64,000 nucleotides of DNA from Squalus acanthias. Taxonomy: Eukaryota. Position 1 is the first letter of the stretch. Each line of letters opens with the position of its first letter. A program made the translations under genes and the position numbers. This document shows, one piece after another, positions 27,398 through 40,769 of the stretch. The stretch lies in contig CM059431.1 in assembly GCA_030390025.1 (NCBI GenBank), forward strand, positions 146,570,001 through 146,634,000. Direction: 5' to 3'. Below the pieces are notes generated by a model. The model had not been told where the DNA came from. It ran no database searches and worked only from the letters and a program-made list of their open reading frames with translations.

Positions 27398-28075
27398 TTC
27401 ACAAGTTAGTTATATTCGATTTGCCTTTGAAAAATCCGTGCTGGCTTTCCTTAATTAATCCACACTTGTCGAAGTGACTGCTACTTATGTCCCGGATTGT
27501 CGTTTCGAAAAGCTTCCCCACTATCGAGGTTAAACTGGCTGCTCTGTCGTTGCTGGGTTTATCCTTACAGCCTTTTTTTGAACCAGGGGGCAACATTTGT
27601 AATTCTCCTTTCCTCTGGCACCACATCATATCTAAAGAGGATTGGAAGATTATGGCCACTACCTCCGCAATTTCCACCATTACCTCCCTCAGTATCCTAG
27701 GATGCATCCCATCCGGTGCTGGTGATTATCTACTTTAAGTACTGCCAGCCATTCTACTACCTCCTCTTTAGCAATTTTTATCCCATCTAGTATCTCATCT
27801 ACCTCCTCTGTCACTATGACTTTGGCAACATTTCTTCCTTGGTAAAGACCGATGCAAAGTATTAATTTAGTATCTCAGCCATGCCCTCTGCCTCCATGTT
27901 TAGGTCTCCATATTGGTCCCAAATTGGCCCCACCCCTCATCTTACTACCCTTTTATTATTTATATGCCTGTATAAGACTTTTGGATTCCATGTTATGTTA
28001 ACTGCCAGTCTAATCTCATGCTCCCTTTGCTCCTCTTATTTCCTTTTTCACTTCCCCTCTGAATTTTCTATATTT
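27398..28075 (-). mobile_element. CR1 ORF2 internal fragment
   Basis: ORF 27399-27707 MHPRILRE...IKESQHGF. Confidence 0.85.
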
Positions 28076-28139
28076 CCGTTATAGGCAGCACCTGATATTC
28101 CGTTCTATTGCTGTCAATGGAACTGAACATCAGGCACTG

Positions 28140-28810
28140 CGTATCCCCCTCTCTGGCCATTGTCTCAGGTTGAAACGGACTGTTGTCCATCTCGCTGTCC
28201 TGTTTGACCCTGAGCTGAGCTCTGACCCCAGATCCTGACCATCACAAAGACTGTGTCACATCGATCAGCTCCGCTCCATCTGGCACAAAATCCTCATCCA
28301 TATCTTTGTCACCTCCAGACATGTCTAAACCAAAGCTCTCCTGAACTGCCTCACATCTTCTACTCTCCATAAACATGAGCTTATCCAAAACTCTGCTGCC
28401 TGTAACCTAACTCGCACTAACTCCGAATCGCAGCTCAACCCTGTGCCCGCTGATCTACACTGGCTCCCGGTCCAGAAACGTCTCGATTTGAAAATTCTCC
28501 ATCATTGCCTCGCCCCTCCCTATCTCTGTATCCTCCCACAGCTCTACAAGTCCTATAATGTGCAGTTACTGCTTTACAAGAGCAGAGATGGCGAGGTTTG
28601 CTTTTTAATGTCTCCGAGAAATCTGCGTTGCTCCTACTCCGGCCTCTTGTGCATCGCTCACATTCTTCAGCCCTCCATTGGTGGCCGTGCCTTCAGCTGT
28701 CCACTCCGTAAACTCTGGCATTACCTCCCTAAAGCTCTCCACCTCTCTCCTCCTTTAAGACGCTCCTTAAAACCTATCGGTTTGACAAAGGTTTGGTCAT
28801 CTGTCCTAAA
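28140..28810 (+). mobile_element. L2 LINE ORF2 C-terminal fragment
   Basis: LHWLPV, APPYL and GGRAFS motifs in ORF 28443-28922. Confidence 0.8.
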
Positions 28811-29211
28811 TTGTGGCCTGGATTTTGCAGTCAGCAGTGAATTAACAGCGCTCGCTGTTCATTACACTTTCTCTTGCCCACAGATTTTCTCCGGGCTTTT
28901 GCTCATGAATTGCGATGAATAGAAATCCAAAACAGCGCGGCGCCCTCTGCAGAGGATCTGTGACCCGGGTGAATAGGGCAAGCAACTGTGCATCTCCTCA
29001 ACCAATCAGATAAAAGAATCCTTACTGAGTCTCTCAGCGTCTGAACCAGGAACTGTAAATTCGAATAGATAATTCAGAGACAAATCATGTACAGAACGCG
29101 AAATGAAGAGAGAAAAGAAAGATGTGATTAAGAGAGTGAGAGATACAAGAGACAAAAGGAAAAGTTAAAAAATAATTATTTATATATTTATTTTTAAATC
29201 TTCAACAATAT

Positions 29212-30382
29212 TTTTTTTCATTCTTCGGATGTGGGCGTCGCTGGCAAGGCTAGAATTTAATGCCTATTGCTCATGGCCCTTGAGAAGGTGGTGGTGAGCC
29301 GCCTTCTTGAACCGCTGCAATCCGTGTGGTGAAGGTACTCCCATAATGCTGTTAGGAAGGGAGGTCCGGGATTTTGTCCCAGCAACGATGAAGGAACGGT
29401 GATATATTTCCAAGTCAGGATCATATGCGACTTGTAAGGGAAATTGGAGGTGATGGTGTTCCCATGCATCTGCTGCCCTTCTCCTTCTAGGTGGTAGAGG
29501 TTCCAGGTTTGGGAGGTGCTGTCGAAGAAGCCTTGGCAATTTGCTGCATTGTATCTTGTAGATGGTACACACTGCGGCCACGGTACACTGGTGGTGGAGG
29601 GAGTGAACGTTTAAGGTGATGGATGGCCTGCCAATCAAGCGAGCTGCATTCTCTTGGATGGTATCGAGCTTCGTGAGTGTGGTTGGAGGGGAACCCATCC
29701 AGGCAAGTGGAGAGTATTCCATCACACTCCTTACTTGTGCATTGTAGATCGATGGCGGAAAGGCTTTGAGGGGTCAGGAGGTGAGAAACACGCCACAGAA
29801 TACCCAGCCTCTGACCTGCTCTTGTAGCCACAGTAGCTATGTGGCTGGTCCAGTTTAGTTTCTAATCAATGGTGACCCCCGAGGATATTAATGGTGGGGG
29901 ATTCGGTGATGGTAATCACGTTTAATTTCAAGGCGCGGTGGTTAGACACTCTATTGCTGGAGATAGTCATTGCCGGACACTTGTGTGGCGCGAATGATCC
30001 TTGTCATTTATATAGTCCAGGTATTTCTGCATGTGGACACGGACTGCTTCATTATCTGAGGATTTGCGAGTGGAACTGAACACTGAGCAATCATCAGTGA
30101 TCATCCCCACTTGTGACCTTATGATGAAGAGAAGGTCATTGATGAAGCTGCTGAAGATGGTTGGGCCTAGGACATTGCCCAGAGGAACTCTTGCAGCGAT
30201 GTCCTGGGGCTGAAATGATTGACCTCCAACAGCGTCAAAGATTTTCCTTTGTGCTCGTTATGACTGCAGCAAGTGGAGAGTTTTAGCCCTGATTCCCATG
30301 ACTTCAATCTTACGAGTGCTCCTTGATGCCACACTCGAGCTTATGCTGCCTTGCTGTCAAGCGCAGTCACTCTCACCTCACT
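29212..30382 (-). mobile_element. LINE 3' portion, same family as 4950-7740
   Basis: MEYSPLAW and RAGQRLGIL motifs, with the same 3' tail (GCCTTGCCAGCGACGCCCACATCC). Confidence 0.9.
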
Positions 30383-31006
30383 TCACCTCTGAAAAACTGC
30401 CATTTGCTCGAGGGAATTCCAAATTTCTACCACACTTTGCACGTCAAATGGTTTCCTAACTTCACTCCTGGCTCTATTTTGTAGGCTTTGTCCACTAGTC
30501 CTAGACTTCCCAACCATCGGAAATTGTTTCTTTCTATCTGTCTTATTAGTTTGCATTAATCTCTCCAAACCTAATAAATCCTTCCTAAGGTGCCCAGAAC
30601 TGAATCCAGTCCTCCAGCTGTGTTCTAACCAGGGCTTTGTATCGTTGGAGCACAAGTAGCACACCCCTATATTATAGTACTCTAGGTATAAACCCCAGTT
30701 TTCCATTAGCCTTGTTGATTGTTTCTGTACCTGCCCGTGATCTTTTAATGATTTTTTTATTCATTGGACGTGTGGACATCGCCAGCAAGGCCAGCATTTA
30801 GTGGTGGTCATGAGCCGCATTCTTGAATACAACTGAGTGGCTTGATAGACCATGTCAGAGGGCAGTTAAGAGTTAACCACATTGCTGTGGGTCTGGAATC
30901 AAAGAAAGACCAGAACAGCAGATTTGCTTCTATTAGTGAACCAGATGCATTTTTGCGACAATGTGGTAGTTTTGTCATTACTGATTTAATATTTAATTGA
31001 TATTCA

Positions 31007-31010
<4 letters not shown>

Positions 31011-31074
<64 letters not shown>
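31011..31074. repeat. (TA)n microsatellite
   Basis: About 32 perfect TA units. Confidence 0.99.
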
Positions 31075-31079
<5 letters not shown>

Positions 31080-31082
31080 TAG

Positions 31083-31727
31083 TCTGCGCACACTCGGAGG
31101 TCGAACTCCAAACCATCGTCAACACCTTCACCGAAGCGTTCGAGAGCATGGACCTTACACTAAACATCTGTAAGACAAGATCCTCTACAAACCTGCCCCG
31201 GCCGCACTTTACTTCTCCGCGATTATCAAAATCCATGACGAAGCTTTGGACAACGTGGACCACTTTGCATACCTCGGGAGCCTACTGTCAACAAGGGCAG
31301 ACGTCGATGACGAATTCCAACACCGCCTTCTGTGTGCCAGTGCAGTCTTCGGTCACCTGAGAAAGAGAGTGTTTGAAAACCAGGACCTCAAACACAGCAC
31401 CAAGCTCATGGTTCTACAGAGCTGTAGTGAAATCCGCCCTCCTGTATGCTTCAGAGACATGGACCATTTATAGCAGGCACCTCAAAATACTGGAGAGGTA
31501 CCACCAACGCTGCCTCCGCAAGATCCTGCAAATCCATTGGCAGGACTTGCGCACCAACGAAAGTGTTCTCGCTCAGGCCAAGATCCCCAGCATCAAAGCT
31601 TCAACCACCGTCTGCCCCACCAGTGACAGAGACTGTAGGTCCCGCATTAGACTCATCAGTCACATGTGAACTCATTTTTAGTGTGGAAGCAAGTCATCCT
31701 CGGTTCCGAGGGACTGCCTAAGAAGAA
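31083..31727 (+). mobile_element. RTE-clade LINE 3' fragment with internal deletion
   Basis: FAYLGSLLS, LLYASETWT and HQRCLRKILQIHWQD motifs, ending GACTGCCTAAGAAG. Confidence 0.85.
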
Positions 31728-31834
31728 CAATGTAATTGAATTTAAGTTCCTGAGCTGCCGCAGGGGGAATTTGAACCCATCTCTCGGGATGACCAACTAG
31801 TCGATTAACATAACCACTGTGCTACTGCACCCAT

Positions 31835-32600
31835 AGGTACACGGAACCCCTAGTCTTTTTGGACCTCCACGTTTTCTAGCCTTTCACCATGTAGAACGTA
31901 TTCTGATCTATCCTTTTTTGTTCCTAAGTGGATGACCTCACATTTGCCAAAGTTAAATCCAGTTGCCACAATTTTGTCCATTCACAATCTATTAATATCT
32001 CTATGTAATGCTTTGCTTCCATCTACACTGCTTACAATGCCGCCTATCTGTTTCATAGTCCAACTTGGATCTGTGGCTCTCAATTTCATCATCTAATTCA
32101 TTAGTGAATACGGTGAATAGGTGAGGCCCCAACACAGAACCCGCGGGGCACCACTAGTCATATTCTTCCAAATGAAGTACCTGCCCATTATCCGTATAAT
32201 GTGCTTCCTGTCGCTCAACCCATTTCCTAACCAGGACAATAATTTGCCTTCACTTCCACGAGGTTCAACTTTAGCTAAGAGTCTCTTATGAGTGAATTTA
32301 TCGAATGCATTTTTGTACATGTATACTAGTTTTTAATAATTTTTGAACTGGGACTCACAAACCTGTTTGCTCCGCAACAGCTTCCCATCCTTTAGAAAAT
32401 ACCCCGAGTTATCTTACTTGTTTCCAAAGTGGATGATCTTTTGTACAATGAACTCGATTTAACATAATTTTGCCCACTCACTTCATCTGTCTCTGTCGCT
32501 TACTACTACAGTGCCTCCGAACTTAGTGCGAACTTGGAGCTGCCGCACTCTGTTGCTCCGTCCAGTTCATTAATAAATATGGTGAAAAGATGACGATCCA
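31835..32600 (-). mobile_element. Old CR1 RT fragments
   Basis: ORF 32093-32320 (AFDKFTHKRLLAK...WL..RK) and flanking CR1-like sequence. A further fragment lies at 30383-30755. Confidence 0.7.
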
Positions 32601-33680
32601 ATACAGATATCTGGGGAACAGCACTTCTCACATCTGACGCCGCTGCTAACGAGTGTGTCGTTTGTGGGAGGGAGACTATTTCTGCAGTGAATCCTGTGGG
32701 AGGCAGTCAGTCTGGGTGTGTGAGAGAAATGCGCTGTACAGGCGGGATTACTGGAGAAGGAAATGCCCAATGTAGAGGGTGTATTGATGCAGGTCAGCCA
32801 GTGAAGGTTGTAGTGTGAACTTTAGCAAAACTGATTGATACAATTCGAAACTTTGCATGGAAGCCGGGTTTTTTTCTCAGCCTTGAAACCACCATTTGTC
32901 CGAAAATCCACAGCCTCTTTGAGAACAGGGTTCCAGATTTCGATTGCAAAAGCAAAATACTGCGGATGCTGGAAATCTAAATAAAAACAGAAAATGCTGG
33001 AAATATTCAGCAGGTCAGGCAATATCTGAATGCAATTATTCTGATGGCAGTGAACAAGGGTCCATACAACTGACGCATAACCTCCTCCTCCATGTCCAGC
33101 CCCCTTGAGATAAAGGGCAGGATGACATTAGTCATTTGACTGATGTCTCTACATGTCTACTAGTGTTTAATGATTTGGGAACTGGGACTCACACATCTCT
33201 TTTCTCCTCAATTATTTAGAAAATAAACCGATTATCTTACTTGTTTCCAAATTGGATGAGGTCACACTTGCGCACAATGAATTCAAGTTGCCTTGTTTTG
33301 CCCACTCACTTCATCTGTCTCTGTCCCTTTGGTTAAGTCCCGCTCCCATTTGCACCAGTGCCGTGCTTCCTAACTTACTGCGATCTTCAAACATGGATCT
33401 ATAACACTCTGTTGCTCCGTCAAAGTCAATAATAAACATGGTGAAAAGTTGAAGATCCAATACAGATATCTGGGGAACAGCACTTCTCACATCTGACGCC
33501 GCTGCTAAACAGCGTGTCGTTTGTGGGAGGGAGAATATTCCTCAAGTGAAGCCTGTGTGAGGCAGTCAGTCTCGGAGTGTGAGAAAAATGTTCTGTTCAG
33601 AGTGGATCAATGGTGAAGTAAATGGAAACTATAGAGGGTGTAATGATGCACGTCAGCTAGTGAATGTCGCTTTGTGAGCC
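32328..33680. repeat. Local direct duplication of ~500 bp (32328-32820 and ~33160-33680)
   Basis: Shared blocks such as GATCCAATACAGATATCTGGGGAACAGCACTTCTCACATCTGACGCCGCTGCTAA occur in both copies. Confidence 0.85.
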
Positions 33681-33691
33681 CGAGATTCAGA

Positions 33692-33765
33692 GCCTGGATT
33701 GCTCAGTCAGTAGAGCATCAAACTTTATAATCTGAAGGTCCAGGGTTCGAATCCCTGGTCAGGTG
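33692..33765 (+). pseudogene. tRNA-Lys(TTT)-derived pseudogene with an 8-nt anticodon loop
   Basis: GCCTGGATTGCTCAGTCAGTAGAGCATCAAACTTTATAATCTGAAGGTCCAGGGTTCGAATCCCTGGTCAGGTG, with mismatches in the acceptor and anticodon stems. Confidence 0.85.
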
Positions 33766-33814
33766 TTCATTTATATCACGATTCCAATCTCCAGATTCGT
33801 GCAGTGACAGTAAA

Positions 33815-34672
33815 TTGGAACAGGAGTAGATTATTTAGCCCCAAGAGCCTGTTCTGCCATTCATTGAGATCATGGCTGAACTGTGACTGAGCTCAATATA
33901 ACAGCCTTTGTCCCCAGAATTCATTTATTTAATAAAAATTCATCAACTTCAGATTTTAAATTAACAATTGACCTAGCATCAACTGCCGTTTGTGGAAGAG
34001 ACTTCCAAATCTCTACCAACATTTGCATATAGAATTGTTCCCCAAACCTAGACTCCCCAACCATCGGAAATGTGTCTCTTTATCGACCCTACCAGTTCAC
34101 TTTAATATCTTGAAAACTTCGTTGAAATCACCCCTTAACCTTCCAAATTACAGACATCCAGCCCTAGTTTGTGTAATCTCTACTCGTAATATAACCCTTG
34201 GAGTCTATGTATAATTTCGGTAAACCTACGCTGCACTCCCTCCAAGGCCAACATATCCTTCCTAAGGTGTGGTGCCCAGGACTGAACACAGTATTCCAGG
34301 TATGGCTTAACCAGGGCTTTGTATAGCTGTAGCAAACATTCTACCTCTTATAATCTAGTCGGCTAGATATAAATCCCAGCATTCCGTTAGCCTTTTTGAT
34401 TATTTTCTGTACCTGTCCATGATATTTTAATGATCAATGTACACCGACCCGTAAGTTTCTTTGGACTTCCACTGTTTCCAGCTTTTCACCATTTAGAAAG
34501 TACTCTGATCTTTCCTTTTTAGGTCCAAAGTCGATGATCTCACACTTGCCTACGTTAAGATCCAAGTGCCACAGTTTTGTCCAGTCACTTAATCTATTAA
34601 TATCTCTTTGAAATGTGATGTTTCCATCTACATTGCTTACAATGCCGCCTATATCGGCAAACTTGGATATCT
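33815..34672 (-). mobile_element. CR1 3' portion
   Basis: CR1 tail at left and RT ISKFAD region at right. Confidence 0.8.
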
Positions 34673-34674
34673 GG

Positions 34675-35500
34675 TGTGGATATGCGGCTTGTTAAGAAGA
34701 TGGAAACCCATGGAATGAAGTGGAAAGTGGCGCATGGCTACGGAATTGGTTCAGTGATAGGAAGCCAATGGTGGTAGTAGATGGATGTTTTTCAGACTGG
34801 GTGGTAGTTTGCCGTGTTGTTCCCCAAGGGTCATTTTGGGTCCATCACTCTTTTTTTTAATAAACAACCTAGGGAGCAACATTACAACGTTTGCAGATAA
34901 CACGACACTTGGAAAAGTAGTAGATAATGATGAGGATAGTTATAGGCTTCAGGATGACATAGCAAGGATATTGCGATGGGAAGAAGCATGGCAGAGAAGT
35001 GCAGAGAAATGTAAGTGATGCACTTTGGGAGGACTAAAATGGAAAGACAGTGTGCTATAAATGGCACAATTTGGAAACGTTTAAATGAGCAGATGAAACT
35101 AATTGTCCATAACACAAATCCTTAAATGTGGCAAGGCAAGTTGATAAGTTGGTTAAAAATTCACCTGGTTTACTTGGGTTTTAAATAGAGGAATAGAATA
35201 TAAAAAAGATGAGATCAGTTAGAACTTTTTAAATCACGGGTAAAGCCTCAGCTGGAGTACTGTTGATAATTCTGAGCACCACACTTCAGGAACGATGTAA
35301 AGGCCTTAGAAAGGGTAGAGAGGAGGTTTACCAGGATGAGGGACTTCAGTTATGAGGCGAGGTTGGAAAAGTTAGGACTGTTCTCCTTGGAGCAGAGAAG
35401 TTAAGAGGAGGCCTAATAGAGGTTTTCAGGATGATGTGAGGTTTGATAGAGTAGACAGAGAAAAACTATTCCCTCTGGCGAGTGGGTCAAGAACTCGAGA
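34675..35500 (+). mobile_element. Old CR1 RT fragment
   Basis: PQGSFWVH/TFADNT and LEYC remnants. Confidence 0.75.
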
Positions 35501-35509
35501 TATTGGCTG

Positions 35510-38500
35510 CCAGTGAATCTGCAGTCAATTTGCCGCATCAAAGGCCGAGTTTTATGCCAGATGCTAATCTTCTCCCAATACCGTGTTGGACTCTCACCTC
35601 GGCAAAATCATCGACTGAAGAGATTCTCAGTAAAGCTCCTCACATTTCCAATCATTGTTGAAGCTTCCCGTTTCCAGTCTTCGACACTGGGGGTCTTGGT
35701 CACAACAGATCTTCTCTATGAATCTAGCGATCTTTCTCCAGTCCCAGTTAGTGTAGTGATGATTCGACTTCTCTCTCTCCACCTTCCTGGGATACTGCTT
35801 ACGCAAAGAATTTTTAAGATATATTTTTTATATAAACATGATTCATCTTTATTAAAGAATATGTTACAGGAAAACAATGGGACTTATTTTTGTGACTATT
35901 AATATATTTAACATGAAAATATTTACAATTTGTTTAAATTACTTACTTTAATATTAAATTGTTCTTTTCGTTCCTTGCCCCTATATATAGGGACTGTACT
36001 CAATGTCACAAAACAGCCGGAGCTCCGTCCTTCGATGTGTTCCAGTGTCACATGACCGTGCTCTGCTCCTGGTGCGCAGTCTCACTGGGCATGAGCGCAG
36101 TCTGTACAATCAGTCCCGTCTCCGACGCCGCCCCCATTTACTGAGACTCGAGACAGGGAGTACCGGCTCACTAAATTACCCCTTTCACATTCTCCCTCGC
36201 ATCATCCAAATGGTCCTCATGTCCACCACCTGTTTATAAATTCTAAAGTCCCCCTTCTCTATATATCAGGCAAAGTGTCTCCCTCCAGCTTTGGCAGTTA
36301 CAGGCACTCTGAGGTGAGAGTGCTGAGATGAGGCAGGGATCTTACAACCACCTCTCTCTACTAAAAATAGTCTATTCGCTTTAACAAGGAGTATCAGAGG
36401 CAATAAGTGGAGGGATCATCAGTGGTATCAAGTCGTTGAATCATCGGATTAGGAACAGCACGGGTAAGTTATAGGGAAAAATTCCCTCAACACTGCACCA
36501 TCAAACACTCCCAGGTACGGCATGGGTTAGATACAGAGTAAAGCTCCATCTACACCGTGCAATCAAAACATCCATGGGCAAGTACAGCATGGGCTAGATA
36601 CAGAGTAAAGCTCAATCTACAGTCTCCCCTCAAGCACTCCCAGGGCAGGCACAGCACGTGTTAGATACAGAGTAAAGCTCCCTCTATACTGTCACATCAA
36701 ATACTCCCAGGGCAGGCAGACATGTGTCGGATACAGAGTAGAGCTCCCTCTACACTGTCCCATCAAACACTCCCAGGGCAGGCAGACAGGGGTCAGATAC
36801 AGTGTAAATCTCACTGTATTATCGTTCATCAAGCACAGTGAACTCAACTACAGCAGCTGGCCAATGCAGCGTGCAGCTCCTCTGACACTTCCCAATGAAG
36901 CTCACCATCTCACGAACAGCATGGTATGAATACAGGACAGAAATCCCTGTACATGTGAGCATCCCGTACTCCCAGGTCAGGTATGGGCGAGCTTCACTTC
37001 CCAGTGAATCTCCAGTCAAATTGCCGCATCAAATGCTGAGCCTTTTGCCAGAAATTAAACGGCATCCAACAGCGTGTCAGACTCTCACCTTGAAAAAAAC
37101 CTGTTTTGATGGGATTGATTCTCAGTGGAGCTCCTCGCCTTTCCAATCATTCATGATGCTTCCTGATTAATCCTGTCTTGTTCAATGGGAGTGTTGGTCC
37201 CATCAGATCTGTTCTGTGAAACCAGTGACCTTTCTCGAGTCGCAGTTATTGTGGTGCTGATTCGACATTGTTCTCTCCACCTTCCTGAGATAATGCTCAC
37301 TCCGAGAATATTTTAACATCAAATGATTCGTTAATTCTGGAATCTATGACTCAAAAACAATGGGACTAATTTTGCGACTATCAATATATTTAATTTGAAT
37401 GTATTTATCATTAATGACATTTGGTTGAATTACTTACTTTAATCTTAAATTGTTCTTATATTTCCTTACCCCTATTTATAGGGGCTGTACTCACTCACAA
37501 TATCTGCTGCCAACTCCAGCTCCGCCCACAGTAACTCACCACTGATGGAGCGTAACCAGGGGCGGAAACCTGTCTCCAGGTGACATCACAAAGGAGCCAG
37601 GAGCCAATCACACAGCAGCCAGTAACAATGTCACAAAGCAGCCGGAGCTCCGCCCAGTCGAGGTTTCACAGGGTCACATGACCATGCTCTGCTCCTGGTG
37701 CGCAGTCTCACTGGGGAAGAACACATGTTGTTCATTCTGTCCTGTCTCCGACCCAGTTCTCAGGTAACCGAGAGTACCTTCACCACACGGACTGCAGCGG
37801 TTCACCACCACCTTCTCAAGGGCCATTAGGGATGGGCAATAATGCTGGCCTTGCCAGCGACGCCCACATCCCATGAATGGAAAAATAATAGGCATGGAGA
37901 ACAAACTCGCAAAATTGCCCCTTACGAATTCTCCCTTCCATCCTCCAAATATGAGGACCAACTGTTCAATGGCCGTAATATCCACCTTTTGGTTTATACA
38001 CCCTAAAGCTTCCCTCACATAATATCAGACAGTTTGTCTCCTCCAGCCTAGGCAGTGAAAGGCAGTTTGTGGTAATGGTGTTTGGATGATGATGTAACAA
38101 ACACCTCGGTGTTCTAAAACCAGTCTATTCCCTGTAACAGGAAGGGGCGGCAGAGCCACATTGAAGGGATCATTAGGGCTATTAATGGGTGGGGCAATTA
38201 ATGCCATAATTGGACTGGAAATCATGGGCAATAATACTTAGAGCTTCTTCTACATTTTCCCATCAAACTGTCCCAGGTCAGGTACAGCATGGGTTAGATA
38301 CAGTGTAAATCATATTTAAACTACCCATCAAACACTCTCAGATCAGATTCAGCACCGTGTAGATACTATGTGAAGCTCCTTCTACACGATCCCATCAAAC
38401 ATACTCAGGTTCGGTACAGAAATAGTTAATTACAGAGTAAAGGTCCCTCTACAAATTCCCATCATACACCCCCAGGGCAGGTCGAGCACGGGTTAGAAAC

Positions 38501-39350
38501 AGAGTCAAATTCCCTCAACACTGGCCCATCAAAACCTCCGAGGGCAGGTAGACAGGCGTTAGAATAAGTGTAAAGCTCACTGTATAGTCGTTCATCAACC
38601 ACAGTGAACACAGATACAGCATGTGGCCAATGCAGCATACAGCTCCTCTTACACTACCCACTAAAGCTCACCATCTCACGTACAGCATGGTGTGAATACA
38701 GGACAGAAATCCCTGAACATTTAAGCATCACGCACTCCCAGGTGAGGTATGGACGACATTTACATCCCAGTGAATCCCCAGTCAAATTACCGCATCAAAG
38801 GCCGAGCCTTTTGCCAGAAATTAAACGGCACCCAATAGCTTGTTAGACTCTCAACTTGAAAAAATCCTCTACTGATGTGATTCTCAGTGGAGCTCCTCGC
38901 CTTTGCAATCGTTGATGAAACGTCCTGTTTCATCCCGTCTTGTCCAATGTGAGTGTTGGTCCCACCGGATCAGCTCTGTGAAACCAGCGACCTTTATCTC
39001 GTCCCGGTTAGTAAGGTGCTGATTCAAGAATTTTTAATATAAAAATGATTCATATTAATTCCAGAATCTGTTAGTCGAAAGGAATGGGACTAATTTTGCG
39101 AGTATGAATATTTTTAATTTGAACCTATTTACAATTAATTACATTTGCTTGAAGTACTCTTTTTGCAGACTGAACTCACTCACAATGTACGTTGCCAGCT
39201 CCAGCACCGCCCACAATAATATCCCACTGATGCTGTTGAACCAGGGCTGAAAACCTGTCTCCAGGTGACATCACAAATGTGCCAGGAGCCAATCACAGAG
39301 CAGCCAAGACAAATGTTACACAGCAGCCGGACCCTCTCCCACTCGAGGTT
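35510..39350. repeat. Tandem triplication of a ~1.5-1.8 kb unit (anchors 35510, 37001, 38768)
   Basis: CCAGTGAATC..CAGTCAA.TT.CCGCATCAAA and following sequence recur three times. Confidence 0.9.
36455..36815. repeat. ~65-bp minisatellite (second array at ~38235-38585)
   Basis: Unit approximately GGGCAGGTACAGCACGGGTTAGATACAGAGTAAAGCTCCCTCTACACTGTCCCATCAAACACTCCCA. Confidence 0.85.
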
Positions 39351-40055
39351 GTACTTTTGCAATTTAGTATACTGTATTCGCTGCTCATGATGCGTTCTCC
39401 TCTACACTGGGGAGACCAAACGCAGATTGGGTGACCGCTTTGTGGAACACCTCCGTTCAGTCCGTAAGTGTGACCCCGAGCTTCCGGTCACCTGTCACTT
39501 TAATTCTCCACTCCACTCCCACTCTGATCTCTCCGTCCTCGGCCTCTTACACTGTTCCAATGAAGCTGAACGTAAGCTCGAGGAACACAACCTCATCTTT
39601 CGATTAGGCACTTTACAGCCTCTGGACTCAACATCGAGTTCAACAATTTCAGATCATAACCTCGGCCCCTATTTTTTCTCTCTCACGAGGTCGCTGTTGA
39701 TGATTCTGCCATTGCCACTGACACCTCATCTAGACTCATCTTTTGTTATTTAACATGTTCCATTACCATCTCCTTGACTTGCACCATCATCCCTATTGTC
39801 TTTTAATCTCTCCTGTTTTCCATCCTATCACAGACCTTCCCTTTTGTTCTTTCCTCCCCGCTCCCCCTTTCCCTGCCCCTACACTTGCTTAAAACTCTGT
39901 TATATCTCTAACTTTTTCCAGTTCTGACAAAGTGTCATCGACCTGCAATGGTAACACTGCTTCTCTCTCTACAGATGAGCCTGACCTGCTGAGTGTTTCC
40001 AGCATTTTTTGTTTTTATTTCAGATTTCCAGCATCCGCAGTGTTTTGCTTTTGTA
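39350..40055 (+). mobile_element. Penelope-like element 3' fragment (GIY-YIG end and 3' UTR), family B
   Basis: LVYCIRC...YTGETKRRLGDRFVEHLRSV...HFNS and EHNLIFRLGTLQP. Confidence 0.88.
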
Positions 40056-40769
40056 TCAGAGCAGTGGAAGAATCCGCTCCCCACCCGAGGGAGGTCATTG
40101 GTGTGAGGCCCCGGTAGCAGCCAAGCTTGCACCGCCTGGAGTCCCAAGTACACGGACGACCTGTTGTAGATTCAGGCCCTGTTATAAAGTCATTTAGGAC
40201 CAATTTAACTGGACTTCGAGACGAGAGCGATAAGTACTGTATAATGATGGATGATTCCAGTTCTATCGCTGCAGACTGCCCCATTGATTTATTATTCAAT
40301 TGAAATTGCAGAATTGTGGGATTTGAAATGCTTTCCGACCGTTTACATTGTGTTTGTTTTTCAAGAGTTTATCAAGGCTGAGTTGGAATCAGTTCAGCGG
40401 AGATGCAAAGAACGATCTGAGCTCTCTGCCTGAATCCAGCCCCGGGCTGGCCGTGCTCCTCTGGTTCCAGACTGAAGGAGCGCTCCAGTGATGCGATTAG
40501 CATTGAGCGCACAAACTGTGTGCTTTGTATTGGGAGTTAGTGAGAGTTAGTCAGCGCTTGCACAATAACTTGATTTTGGAAAGTTGTTAGGTTTAATTTC
40601 ACTGTAAAGTGACTCAGCAGGACTGCAATACTTGTGTTCACGGTGAGTGGACGAGCTATCTACGGCCAAATTGATTGTAAATACAGCAGAAGAATATGAA
40701 TTTGTTTTTCTAACGAGATGCTTTGCAATTAGTGTTTCACACTATTCTCAGTACAATAGAAATGCTGCC

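Larger units (their letters stand above)
30757..31832 (-). mobile_element. tRNA-headed SINE (same family as 4311), split by (TA)n and an RTE fragment
   Basis: Tail at 30760-30830, body to ~30990 and A/B-box head at 31735-31832. Confidence 0.75.

Noticed and set aside
30808..31263. 151-aa ORF with YI repeats
   Set aside because: It is an artefact of the (TA)n microsatellite plus antisense RTE and SINE sequence.
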